From Camelus dromedarius (Eukaryota): a DNA stretch of 64,000 bases. Under the pieces are notes generated by a model. That model was not told the origin of the DNA and ran no database searches. It saw only the letters and a program-made list of their open reading frames with translations. Positions 51,521-64,000 of the stretch are shown here, piece after piece. The stretch covers positions 45,386,001-45,450,000 of the forward strand of contig NC_087447.1 of the NCBI RefSeq assembly GCF_036321535.1, given 5' to 3'. The translations under genes were made by a program, and so were the position numbers. The stretch's first letter is position 1, and each line of letters begins with the position of its first letter.

Positions 51521-52769
51521 AACATTTATTTTCATTGCACTGGTGTATTTCAATAATTTCTGTGACTCTCACTTAGATGGGCACATGGGAGGGCAAGGCA
51601 CTTAGGACATAAAGAAACACAGGGCTAGTAGAGACCTTGGGAAAATACATTTGTATCTTGGACTCCATGAAAGGAGTGTAAAAGAAAGGTTGTAAATAGC
51701 TAATATCAAGGGGGAAACACACCTTGCTGTTTATTCTTACTTTCTGTTAGAAACGGATTCAAGTTGAGGCTTGATTTGGGAGTTAAGATTATTGCTATGT
51801 TTTATTGAAATCAATTATTTTATTTAGCCTTCCTTGTAAATGTCTCTTTAATTGTCTGGAATCTCACAGCCCTAAATCTGTTAAGTTCTTCTGCCTAAAG
51901 ACACCACTGTTCTTCTAAGATTTTTCCTTATGTGCTTTACTGCTCCCATTGCTCCACTTCCCCTGACCACTCATTCTAGTTTCCTCTGTCATCTTATAAA
52001 GATCTGCATGAAGAACAGAGAGCAGAGGGAGGTAGCTTTGCTACCTCTTCCATTGAACCCTTCCCCGTCTGTATTGGAAGGAGGGGATTACTCATACTGT
52101 GAAAAATATAGGACTGAAGAGAATGTAAAAAGGGGCTTTTGAGGCTGGATACTCACTGCTGTCTTGTAATCACTTCATGCACCTACATCAGATGGAGTCC
52201 CATCCGCTCAGGATGCTTTAGCATCCACATCTGGGAAGTGATTGGAGGTCTGCTCTCTTCCTTATCCTGCCTCTGATGGCGTCTCTGCCCTTGTAGTCAT
52301 TAGCATAGTGTTACCAGCAGCAACACATGCCAATTTCATTTTCTCATTCAATAGTCACCTACATGGATGCTTCATTCTGGAAATAATAGGTGAACTTCAA
52401 GCAGTCCTTGTCCCGTCCTGAATCCCAATTTTGATTCTAAAGGTAATGCATCTAATATGTGACTATAAATGAGTGTGTACAGGACTACGAGATCAGAGGG
52501 TGAAGCCTGTGATATGAAATGAATGATAAAGTAGATACTTTTAGACAGAGGAGAAAAAATAAAAAAGGAAAGGGAGGATAGCATATGCGAAGTCACTGAT
52601 GAATAATGTGCTTGGTATTCTGAGAATTTCAAGACAATTAAAGCAAAACTGCCTGGAATGGAATGGAATGGAATAGAAAAGAATAGAACAGAACTAAAAT
52701 ATGAATATGAAGTTTGGTGAACACTGTGGACAAGAGGATACAATGTAGTCATCATGCATGAGATGCTTG

Positions 52770-53030
52770 TCCTGCTAATAGTTTAGAACATAATTTTGAA
52801 ATCAGATAGCCTAGACTGCACACACTATTACTACTTATTAGCTCTGACCTTGTGAAAGATCAGCTAATTTTGCTGAACTTCATTTTTCTTATCTGTAAAA
52901 TACCTCAAATGATATATATCATTCCTATGGTGTGATTGTAAAGATAAAATTAGATAAAGTGTACAAAAAAGTTTATTGCAATACCTGGCACTCCACAATG
53001 CCTGACACAAGGCTCAGCAAATGTAATCTA
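52770..53030 (+). mobile_element. MIR SINE
   Basis: acttattagctctgaccttg...gctgaacttcatttttcttatctgtaaaat...gtgtgattgtaaagataaaattagataaagtgtac...aatgcctgacaca. Confidence 0.6.
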
Positions 53031-53250
53031 AGTAGTATTTTTGTTACCATTATCATGAATAGTAAGGGTGTAGAGGTAGCATCATTCATATTGATGATGA
53101 TGCCTGAAAGAATTGTCTCATTAAAGAGAAAAATCATAACCAGGAATATTATTTCTTGTCTGATACCATCCATGTTCCCCACACCCCATCCCCAACCTCT
53201 TATGTACAGGGATCTGTGTGATTTGTTCATTACTGAATAGCACAACTGAA

Positions 53251-54062
53251 TGTATCAGTTGGCGTCCAGCTGGGAGACTGAAAGCACATTGTTCATTATA
53301 ACAGGAGACTGGAGACAAGGACTAACTAAGACTGACTAACAAGGAGTAAAGAGGACTCTAAAACTCTAAGAGTAGAAGAGTAGACTTCCTCTGAAGACAC
53401 AGGAAACAGTCACTGTCCCAGATACTGAGACAGAACACTCACAGAAGGAACAGTGTGAGAGAGGTCTTTTTCCTGGGACCTCTTGAGAGAGGGCATGCCC
53501 AAAGCTCAAGGGATGGCTGGAAAAAAACTGAGGCTGCAAAGGAGATGCATAAGCACTGGGAAGTGCTCTGTCTACAGCACTCATTGAAAATCTGCTCCCC
53601 AGGGTGCCAGGGAGCCACCATGTGGAGGAACTGCATCTCAGATCTTCCTATGAAACTACCTGGGGGTTAAATAATTTATGAGAAAATTCTAGAGAAGCAA
53701 CACTGACTACAGAGTTACCCAAGGGGGTGCCAGAGGGAGCCACTCACAGGAGGTGCTGCCTTTGGCGTCCTCTGCTGCAAAGCCACATGTGCCATGGGAA
53801 CCTGGCCCTGGAGAAGCTGAACACCTTACCATGGCATGGTGCTATAAAAGCAGAGAGGATGCAAGGTCCTGCCTAGAGAATCACACCAGAACTAGAAGGA
53901 GAGTCCCCTTACTCCACAAGTGCCTGTCCAGAACACTCTACTGACCAAAGTTAACATTGTGCCAACTGGAAAAGAACTTTTATCAGAGTCCACCTCCATT
54001 ATCACAGGATGGGCAATTAAAAGTGAATTTAGATTTGAAACAATATATCGATCACTGACACA
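53251..54062. mobile_element. Possible ancient LTR (ERVL/MaLR-like)
   Basis: Starts TGTATCAGTTGGCGTCCAGCTGGGAGACTGAAAGCACA and ends ...CTGACACA; more GC-rich than its flanks; family uncertain. Confidence 0.35.
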
Positions 54063-54669
54063 CGTGGCAGACAGTAGGTACTTGTGTCACTTGAAGAAAG
54101 TAGGGCAATATGTAAGAAAATTCCGATTAGAACTAGCAAATGATTAAGTAGTGTTTAGAGGCTTATGATAAAGTAGGTTTAGAGGCTTCTTCAGTAGAAG
54201 AAGGAGGGCAGACTTTATAATTGTTTGGATTAATACTCTCTCCTCTGTATGAGTTTGATATATTTTTCAACTTATTCACACACTGGGCAAACAAAAGGGG
54301 TATATTTCTCATGCTCCCATATCCAACAGAAAGATTACTTACATTACTTCTACTGTTTTTGTCTCAGTGATGAGCATAATGATAATAATGCTGAAATTCA
54401 AGCACAGAGTTAGTTCATGATACTCTTACTTTGTAGCAGATTTTCAACACCACTTTATAAAAGGTTTTGTTTTATTTTATTTTTTCCATTTATCCTTCAT
54501 CCTTACGTTATCACTTTTAAATTATCTAAAAACTGTTCATGTACTCTTGTAAAATACATAATTTTTTTGCATTTTAATTTACACAAATTGTATTTTCCTA
54601 TAAAATCTCATTTTAGCTTGTTTTCCTCATTCAACTTATTACATGAAAATTCAGTAGACTGGTTTTCAG

Positions 54670-55870
54670 AGTTGCAAAAATAGTATCCATTTATTGTGCT
54701 TCATTTAGCCACTTCCCTTAGGAGGAAGTGTGAGGATGTCCCCTTTTCCACCAACATAAGCATCAATAAAATGAACATCCTTTAATGTATTCTTTTACAG
54801 GAAACCAAATAGCCTGTGTAGTATAACTACGGTGGCACTGCTTCATCATAACATTGATTTATACTTAATTTGTTAATATTGGCAGAGAGCTTTCAAAAAC
54901 TGTGTATACAGTTTATATTCCTATTAACATTACCCATCCAACACTTGATTTGTTCAACTTTCTAATGTTTCCTCCTTAGGAATGCAAAGTGATATTAAAC
55001 TTTTTTAAAATTAAAATTTATCTAATTACTACTTTAAGGATCATCTAATTCTCTTCTGGGCAATTCAGGCTGTGTGTCAATCACCTATTCATATAATTTT
55101 TTCAATTTTTAATTATTGTCCTATCTTTTGATAAATTTTAAGTTTTCTTTTAATTGATTGTTAATGTTAAAATGTGTTTCTAGGTTGTCATCTCTGTGTT
55201 AACTCTGTGGTATCATTCACTGAATTGAAGTGATTAATTTTCCTTTCATTCTTTGTAGCTGGCAATCTGGGTTAAGATTTCTTTCCCTACTATTTAAACA
55301 CGAACACTTTTTTCTCTTAACATTCTGTTGTCAATTTACTTTAACTTTTAGGTTTGTACTTTACTTGAAATTCTGTTTTGCATATAGAGGGTGATAGGAA
55401 TACAGCTTTGCTTTTCTTCAAGTAGTGAATGGTTTTTCCAAATATCATCTACTAATCAATGTATTCTTTTGCTTGTCAGTGTCACTTTTGCCACTACTCA
55501 GGTCCCCAGACACATATAGATCTATTTCTGAACTCTCTGTATGTTCCATTGTTTTGTTTGTTAATTCTTCTATCAGTATCATATTTTTTAAATATTTATT
55601 TTAAACTATGATTCTATAGTATGTCTAAATATCTAATGTATTCTTTCTAAATTATTCTTTCATGTACATTTAGAATGCATCTGTATTCTAAATGACAATT
55701 TCTTTGAACAACTTAGTTGGTGATCTGAGTGAGATTACCTTGCATTTAGAGACACATTTGGGGAGAAAAGAAATCTTTACTATACTGAGTTGTACTATCC
55801 ATTAAGATAACACATGTTTCCATTTATCTAGATTTTGTTTTATGTCATTTTGGAATGTTCTGACAATTTT
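54670..55870 (-). mobile_element. Old degenerate LINE-1 (L1M-like)
   Basis: T-rich sequence with residual L1 minus-strand motifs (tttcaaaaactgtgtatacagtttatattcc; gatctatttctgaactctctgtatgttccattg; tttggggagaa...atctttactatactgagt). Confidence 0.5.
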
Positions 55871-56761
55871 TATGAAATATATCACACAAAACAAAAAACA
55901 AATACATTTCAATAATTACAACTGCATCCTTGATTTCTCAGATATAAACATCGATTTGTCATTTTTCTCTTTTCCAAGATAATACAGTGGAATTAGAACA
56001 CTTTATCTCCATTTTTTTCCCCTTTCCAACCTATCCTTCTTGTTATATGTTTTGAATATTTTGTTGTTTTAGCCCCTAAATTTTCTGTTAATACTTCAAG
56101 CAATGAAGAAATATTTGTAATTACTTACATATTGTTTTACATACATTCTTTCATTACTAGCCTTCCCCTTAAAATCATTTTCCTTTTTCCTGAACATGCT
56201 TAATATTACTTTTATTTGTTGGAAATACTTTTGCTAGTTTTGGTTTATCTAAAATTGCTTTACTTTTCTCCATTCGTACAGCATATTAGAATAGGATTAT
56301 TAATATACAAGTCAGATAGCAGAATAAATTGAAAACCAAGAAATAGATCATAGTGAAATATAATAATTTGGTATATAAATGTGTAGTCTTTATATTCAGC
56401 GGGGGAGCAAAAAAAAAAAACCTCAACAGAAAGTGACTTCACAATTTTGACTCTTACCAATAGTTTATGCTAGGTCATAATTTACAAGCAGTGAGTTGAC
56501 TCATTTAACATCTCCTCATAAATGTCAAAGATCTCAGGCTGGGATGGCAATATTGAACAGTAGGAATTTTGAAGCTTATTTTTAACAGACCTGAACAACA
56601 GCAAGGCAGTCATGTTAACAAGATCCAGGTCTAGAAGAAAGTTGAATTGCGATGTGTCTCTAGAATCAACAAGGTAAGGAATCATTTTTAAGTCAAATGT
56701 TTTAGGAGGTCAAATCAGAGGTGAAAAATGTCTGATGATAAAAAGGTGTTTGAAAACAGCC

Positions 56762-58482
56762 CACAGTGGTCTGGGTAGAAGATCAAACCACCTCCAACAT
56801 TCTCTTAATTAAAGCCTAATCCAGAGCAAAGCTGTAACTCTCTTTCATTCTATGAAGGATGAAAGAAATCAGGAAGCTGCAGAAGGAAAGTCTGAAGCTA
56901 GGAGAAGTTGGTTCATGGGGTTTAAGGGAAGAAGCCATCTCCATGACATAAAAGTGCAAGGTGAAGCAGCAAGTTCTGATGGAGTAGCAAGTTATCTAGA
57001 AGATTTAGCTGATAATGAATGAAGGTGGCTATCCTAAACAACGGATTTTCAGTATAGATGCAAAATTTGGGAGGAGATGCCATCTAGGTGTTTTATAACT
57101 AGAGAGGAGAAGGTAATGCCTGGCTTCAAAGCTTCAAAGGACAGGCTGACTCTCTTGTTGGGGGCTAATGAAGCTGGTGACTTTAAGTTGAAGACAGTAC
57201 TATTTTAACATTCCAAAAATTCTAGGGCCCTTAAGAATTATGGTAAATCTTCTGCTCCTGATCTCTATAAATGGAACAACAAAACTTGGATGACAGCACA
57301 TCTGTTGGACAACATGGCCTACTGAATATTTAAGCCCACTGTTGAGACCTACTATACAGAAAACAATTTCTTTCAAAATATTACTGACAATACACCTGGT
57401 CACCCAAGAGTTCTGATGGAGATGTACAATGAGATTAATGCTGATTTCATGCCTGCTAACACAGTAGCCATTCTGTAGCCCATGGATCAAGGAGTACTTT
57501 TGACTTTCAAGCCTTGTTATTTCAGAAATACATTCACAAGGCTATAGCTGCCATAGACTTTAACTCTTCTGATGGATCTGTGCAAAGTAAACTGAAGACT
57601 TTTTGGAAAAGTTTCACAATTCTAGATGTCACGAAGAACATTTGTGATTCATGGAATGAAGTCAAAAATATCAAGAAGAATAGAAGTTTGGAAGAAGCTG
57701 ATTCTAACCCTCATGGATGACTTTGAGGGGTTCCAGGTTTCAGTGGAGGAAGTAACTGCAGATGTGATGGAAATAGCAAGTGAACTAGAATTAGGAGTGG
57801 AAGCCAAAGACGGTACTGATGTGCTGCAATCTCATGATAAAACTTTAAAGGATGAGGAGTTGCTTCTTATGGATGAGCAAAGAAATTGGTTTATTGAGAT
57901 GGAATTTTCTCCTGGTGAAGACGCTTGTGAAGATTGTTGAAAAGATAACAAAGGATTTAGAATATTAGATAAACTTAGTTGATGAAGCAGTGGCAGGGTT
58001 TGAGAGGAATGACTGTAATTTTGAAAGAAGTTCTACTGTGGGTAAAACACTGTCAAACAGCATTGTAGGCTACAGAGAAATCGTTCATGAAAGGAAGAGT
58101 CAATCAATGTGACAAACTTCATCCTGTCTTACTTTAAGAAACTGCCACAGCCAACCCCAACCTTCAGCAACCACCACCCTAACCTTCAGCAACCACCACC
58201 CTGATCAGTCAGCAGTCATCAATATCAAGGCAAGACCCTCCACCAGCAAAAAGATTATGACTCGCTGAAGGCTCAGATGATTTACCGATTAAGTATTTTT
58301 AAATTAAGGAATATATACGGTTTTTTAGACACAATGTTATTGGGCACTTAATATACAGTATAGTATGAATATAAATTTATATGCACTGGGAAGCCAAAAA
58401 AATTGTGTGACTCCTTTTATTATGATTTTGCTTTATTATGGTGGTCTGGACCTGAACCCACAATATCACTGAGGTATGTCTG
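56762..58482 (+). mobile_element. Tigger1 (pogo/TcMar) DNA transposon fossil, 5'-truncated
   Basis: Transposase-derived sequence (gtggtctgggtagaagatcaaacc; ggcttcaaagcttcaaaggacaggctgactctcttgttgggggctaatg; peptides SKLKTFWK and [39 protein letters not shown]). Ends with the TIR ...CAATATCACTGAGGTATGTCTG followed by TA. Many stops. A 22-bp tandem duplication lies at 58159-58202. Confidence 0.92.
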
Positions 58483-58745
58483 TACTTTTTTGTTTTTGTA
58501 CTATTTTCCTGACACTTCTCTCCTTCTGAAACTCTTTAGCTGTGGTTTTCATCTGTGTTTCCATAGCACACAGATATGCATTAAAAGTGCACAGTAGATA
58601 TCACACCAGATTATTACCCACTAATCTCTCTAAAGTCTGTTATTCTGAGCACTCTTTTTTTTTTTTTTTTTTTTTTTTTGCTGTGATCCTTACTATAGAG
58701 CTTGGACACATATGCTGGCACACAGTGTATTTTCAAAAAAAAATA

Positions 58746-58826
58746 GGGGGGAGGGTATAGCTCAGTGGCAGAGCATGTGCTTAGCATGCATGAGGTCCTG
58801 GGTTCAATCTTTAGTACTTCTATTAA
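58746..58826 (+). mobile_element. vic-1-type SINE
   Basis: GGGGAGGGTATAGCTCAGTGGCAGAGCATGTGCTTAGCATGCATGAGGTCCTGGGTTCAATC. Confidence 0.85.
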
Positions 58827-59305
58827 TTTTTTTTGTAATAAAGGAAAAAGTTATTTAAAAAACCCCAATATTTTCTTCTATGCTCTGGGGACACAATTAC
58901 CTCTGCATTAACCAGTCATCTGGGCCTAGACTCCATTCTCAGCAAAGTAGGGCTCTCTCATTTGGGGATAAAACAGGCAAATCTGAAGGACTAATTTACT
59001 TCTCCTTATATCCTCTTTTAGAGGAGGGTAAAACTGGAAATTAATGGCAGCATATGAATTCAAATTTTCATTATCAAGCAGGTAAAGATGATCATGGTAA
59101 TATGAATTTCTCTGAATAATTCAAATCTTCATTCTAGATGTAAATAAAAATTTACTTAATATCCATACATTTTCTAGGTTTCTTTCTGAAGACCTTACTG
59201 ATTTAATGTGACAATGTTTTGTTGTAGTTACTGGCAAAGCTATTCTTCTCTATGTGAGGATCAGAGAGCAGGAGAAGCGATGGAGATGGTGATTCTTGGT
59301 GGTTT

Positions 59306-59733
59306 TGAGACAGGAAGTGGGCAGGGCATAGGTACACACTCCATAGACAGAGTGTGGGCATCTCCGAAGAGGGAGAGAGGGAGCAGCAGCCGGGAGGCAT
59401 CATGTTGCCAGTTTTTATGGGCTCAGTGGCTTCATATGCTAATAAGTGGAAGGACCAGTCTAACTAGTCTAGGGAAGGGGCTGGGATTCCCAGGAAGTTG
59501 GCCATTTCCCACTCTTTGACCTTTTGTGGCTAGCCTTGGGACTGCCATGGTGCCTGTGGGCGTGTTAGTCACCATGTTAATATATTACAATGGGCGCATA
59601 ATGAAGCCCAAGATCTGCTAGACGTCAGATCTCCCACCATCCTGAGCCTCCTGGGGGTTGAATCTTTCACCTTTTTGATGTTAACTGCTGTAGCATTCCT
59701 TGAATGGCTGTGCCCTGCCCTCTTCCTGTCTCA
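59306..59733 (-). mobile_element. ERV1 (MER41-like) LTR derivative with 25-bp inverted termini
   Basis: Minus strand starts TGAGACAGGAAGAGGGCAGGGCACA, with a TATA-like CCCATAAAAA near 59412-59421. The internal sequence (gccatggtgcctgtgggcgtgtt) resembles MER41-type LTRs from memory. Confidence 0.55.
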
Positions 59734-60276
59734 TTTTCACTGAAGTCATAGAAATGCTTCGACAGTAATTGGGCCTGGAGTCTAGCAGTATAGATTTTGG
59801 TACTCAATTTCTTAGAAAGTCCCTACAAGTCTCTTTATCTTGAAATGAAGAAACTGAATTACTTGTCTTGGCCTAGTCTGTAATTTTTTGGGAACAATTT
59901 TAAAAGTGTGTAACACTTTCAGTATTTAGACTGAAAATTTAACTGGTTACTTTAGTATAATTAAAGATAGATTTAGTTGTCACGACTTGTATATTTTTCG
60001 GCTTGGTTTTCAACTTTCATTCAGTATTTGTAATTTGATGACATCTGGTTTTTACTAAGTTGTCTCACATTTTCTTAAATATAGGGAAAGTATTAAAACA
60101 AAATCAATAAATTCCCTTAAGAAAGATAATTTATGTCTAATCAAATCATACAAATCCTGCTAAAAACTTCTCAACAACCAGATGGCCAGTTAGATGCATC
60201 ATGCAATATAAGTTTTTATCATGCTTCTAAATTTTGGATAATCATTGTTCAACATTGTAATATGTAAAATAAATAC

Positions 60277-60277
<1 letters not shown>

Positions 60278-60312
<35 letters not shown>

Positions 60313-60337
60313 CACACACACACATACACACACACAC
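60278..60337. repeat. Compound (TA)n/(CA)n microsatellite
   Basis: Directly visible. Confidence 0.9.
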
Positions 60338-60619
60338 AAATAATATATAATAAAGGAAAGCATTCAGAAAATGAATGGTTGTAACTATTCATATAAACTG
60401 GAAATTTTAGCTCATTCTGTATTTGGCGTGAACATTCTGTCTCTGAGGCAAGCATATTTAGAACACCTAAATACCAGCTCTTCAGAGTAGCCTTATAGAA
60501 AGTTCGTATCTTTTCATTCATGCCAAAACCCTTAGAGGCTTGGCCTCGGTTCTATTTATTTATTTCTGAAACAAACCTGCTTTATGTATCTTTGACGAAA
60601 GGGAAAAATCCATGGCCTG

Positions 60620-60640
60620 CTTCTGCCCTCTGCTGGTTTC
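60620..60640 (-). promoter_or_regulatory. 3'HS1-like CTCF site
   Basis: Minus strand CCAGCAGAGGGCAG (60623-60636) is a perfect match to CCASYAGRKGGCRS. The context CTTCTGCCC.CT.CTGGT...CATTAGAG resembles mouse and human 3'HS1 as recalled. Confidence 0.75.
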
Positions 60641-62099
60641 CAGATGGGAACATTAGAGGAATTGTCTATAGAAGATGGACAACATCGTGTATTGTTCAAA
60701 GCAGGTCTTGTGTGAGCACCATTAAATAATTTTGCTGAAGTACAAGAAAAATCTGGACTGTCCTGGAAAACAGATAATTTGTATTCATTGTAGTTATAAA
60801 GATACTGACTTTCAGACCCTACACTGTTCTTCTATGCCTTTACAGTAAGCAAGTACTGTTGGTCATTATTCTATCTAATCTGAAAAAGTCAGCAAGTAAT
60901 CACATAGGGAATCAGCTCCAAAGGGCAGAAAAAAAGACAGGAGTGTCTGAACATGTTGGTCAGTCTGAATCGGAGAACATGAGAAAAGCCTTCCCTGGAA
61001 AAAATATTCTGTTTAATTTGATTACACACTTCCAAATCCACATTCCCAAAAAAGTACACAGAGGGAATACCATAATCCTAGCATCACTTTAGACTGAAAT
61101 TCACTGTTGCTTGTCCTCTCCAATTATTTATTTTATGCCAGGCATTGCTCTGATTGCTAGAAATTCAGAAAGAAGTATTATGCACACTGACTTTGGGGTG
61201 GTCACATAGCACAGCATGATGTTTTAGGAAATGGTGGGTCTTTTTTTTTTTTTTTTTTTTTAGTACAGGTAGGGTAGAGCATTTGACATATCTGAATACT
61301 TTCCTCTTGGAATCCTCATTTATTAGTCTCTCAACACTATCCTCTCCCAAATCCCATCCCATATACCAAAGCAAAATTTAAAAAATTCTCCAGCATGTAT
61401 TGCTCTTCTATTGCTATATGACTGATATTCTCTGGGGCGGCACCATTAACATTTGTGGCTAGTCTGAAAAACTCAAAGGAGAGTATATGCTTTCAGTGAA
61501 GGTCTACATTCACAGAATGTTTGCATCTTTTGTCATCAATCCCAGAACCTAGCCTATATGTCTGGGCATGGTTGAAATCATATTTGAATTCTGAGTGCTA
61601 TGACCAAAGTCAGCAATAATTCCTATATTCTTGTTTTATATGTCAATAAAAATATACATCTTACATATGATGACACCAGATTGATAGTGTGTGGTCAGCA
61701 AGGATCAGATGTATACTTTAAGACATGAGTGTTCAGGTCTCTGCATTTTTGCAACACTTTTGCTTTTATCTTGTTTTTATACCTCTGTAATGGTACAGCT
61801 ATTATTTCATAGATTAATTCATTAATCTAGCAATTATTTGATAAATGCCCACTCTACGCTACACTTCAGTTTATATATCAGTGAGCCCAAACCAGACTTG
61901 ACTCCAGGTCTTCTAGTACTTCCAATAGATAGAACGGGCAGTCAGCATATAATTAGTGGTATAAATACAAAGCAGGGTATTGCAAAGAGAGTAACTTATT
62001 TGAGAGAATGGGAGAAATAGTGGTGGGGTTACAAAAATCCTTCTGAAGAAGCAACACTGAACTGAAACCTGGGTGATTAAGGGAGCTTTTGTATAAATA

Positions 62100-62720
62100 C
62101 TTGGAGTAGCTAATTCTAAGCAGATAAAAGATCAAGGACAATAATCCTGAGACAGGGATACTCTTACTTTGTTTTGAAGAAGAGAAAGATGCCTAGTGAT
62201 TAGGGCGTGAAGGTAACAATGGTCTATGATGTAGAAGTAGAGGAGGATGGGCCAGGTTATATAAAGTTTTCTGACCATGATAAATAATTTATATTTTATT
62301 TTAAGAGCAATGAGAATCCATCGGAGTGTTTTTTCAAGGACTTATATGATCTAGTAGATGTTTGTAGACACGCAGTATGGTTTCTCTGGGAAAAATACAT
62401 TCTTAGGCAGCAAGTACAAAAACAATTATACTAGCTGTTAAATTATTACAATAACCAAGCAATAGATAAATGATGGTGTTTATGAACCAAGATATCGGCA
62501 GTTTATGGGTGTATAAGTGAAAAGTGAGCAGACTCAGGATATGTTTTAGAGTGGAAATGATAGAAATTGATGAAGGATTTGATGGACAGGGGAGGAAAGA
62601 GAAGAGAAAAATCAAGAATGACTCAAGAGTTTTCTTAAGCAATTGTGTGACTGATGGAGTCATTTTATGCTATTAGGAAGAAATAGATAATTTGTTTCTG
62701 GGGAAAATCAAATATTTGAT
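62100..62720 (-). mobile_element. L2 LINE remnant
   Basis: ggatttgatggacaggggaggaaagagaagagaaaaatcaagaatgactcaagagtttt corresponds to the antisense of the L2 ORF2 3' region. Confidence 0.55.
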
Positions 62721-64000
62721 TGTCATAATTCTAATTTTTAAATTAAATATGCACATGTAGATATCAAGTAGATAAGTACATCTATGAATATAAAATCACA
62801 GGAGAGGAAAGGATGTAGCATTGTAAAGTTTCAGACTAGCAGAGTAAGTAAAAATTGACACTGTACCCATTTTCAGGGAAATTCAGTTTGTAACAGAAAC
62901 ACTGTCAAATAAGCTGGCTAATGAATATCAAATTATAAATTGAATAAGTCATATAAAGATAAAGATGTATTACCAAGTAATAGGTATGTGGAGAAAATCT
63001 GTCTTTGTTAAGGGGCGTTCTGAAAAGTGATGGTTCAGATGCAGAAGGAAAATACAAGATTGCTTCAGAAAGAGAAGAAAGGAGTTGGGGAGAAGATGGG
63101 GAGGAACATCATAGGAAGAGAGAACATAAGGAGAAAAATCTCATGAAAAAAGAAAGAACAATGGCAGATTTGAAAAATATAAGCATTCAGGGCTAACACA
63201 TTTTTCCCTCCAAGGGCAAAGAATCTCCAAGAATTCACGGAAGAAAATGTACTAAAAAGAGTAAGCTAAGTTATCTAATGTTGAAAGGGGCTCAGGGAAA
63301 GAAATAAAAATGGATAGTCTCCTAGAAGAGATCTGACAGGTATTAAGGGTATGTTCAGCCTGAGGAGCTGCTTGGTGAGGCTAGTATGACAAAGATGGAG
63401 ATTTGGTCACAAATTGAAGCCAGAATCTGAAGGTACTTCAATATGATGGAATAATTAAATCAAACACAAAAATCAGTATGGACTTTTATTAAACACCTGC
63501 CTATATTATAAGAGCCTTTAAATCTTATATGATGACTTCCAGGGCCAGAACTCAAATCACAAAAACAATGTGAAGAAGAAGCCAATCAATACGAGAACTT
63601 TTAAACATTCTACACTTAGCTTTTGACATTAGCCTTCTGATCTTAAGAATGACAAGTCCAAAGGAAGAGAAGATAACTGCTCATCCTTTCAATAAATGCT
63701 TAATAAGTGAATATTTAACCATCTGATGACATGAATGAATTAATGAGTGGAGAACACTGGGCTGATGTCAGAGGCTGAATGTCTTTAATCTAAATTTCAG
63801 TCATAAGAGCACAAACGAGTTGAAATCTCACGGGAACAGAGCTCTTGTGGGAAATCATTTGCCAAAGGTCTCATGCATAAATATTCCTCTCTGCTTATCA
63901 CCAAGGTAGAAAATTGTAATTGTTGGCTACAACATTCGGAGTGGGAGAAAACAGGATTATCTTCACTAAGTACTATTTGGTGGAAAAATGCACTTTGAGA

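Noticed and set aside
52090..52340. HBB 3' enhancer by position
   Set aside because: Only weak GATA-like motifs seen; cannot be supported without an alignment
53725..53745. CTCF-like GCCAGAGGGAGCC
   Set aside because: Poor match in the 5' half and inside a probable old LTR; the 60623 site is far better
57200..57940. Domesticated or active transposase ORFs
   Set aside because: Short fragments in different frames with stops; an ordinary Tigger1 fossil
1..64000. CRISPR arrays, rRNA, operons or other prokaryote-type systems
   Set aside because: The window is mammalian DNA; no regularly spaced repeat-spacer array or rRNA-like sequence was seen

Overview
This is mammalian genomic DNA covering essentially a whole beta-globin locus on the + strand. 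The species is a camelid, most likely Camelus: the adult beta chain reads [20 protein letters not shown] with His2, and camelid tRNA-derived vic-1-type SINEs are present. Order: an OR51B-family olfactory receptor split by a 503-bp endogenous-retrovirus solo LTR; the locus control region (candidate HS5 CTCF site, HS4, HS3, HS2, possible HS1); intact epsilon-globin (HBE1); a 5'-truncated eta-type pseudogene; a gamma-type exon-3 relic; a full-length eta pseudogene; an L1 fused to a BTF3 retrocopy; a headless delta-globin remnant whose intron-2 end and exon 3 are almost identical to HBB; intact HBB; a Tigger1 fossil; a MER41-like LTR; and a 3'HS1-like CTCF site. Only two beta-like genes are intact. 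I see no new biological system in the sense of a novel gene family. The most unusual signals are the cluster's rearrangement history, the apparent recent HBB-to-delta gene conversion, His2->Leu in epsilon, and the young LTR knockout of the OR. Comparisons with human and mouse sequences are from memory. Identities are hand counts. Repeat family names and edges are approximate.
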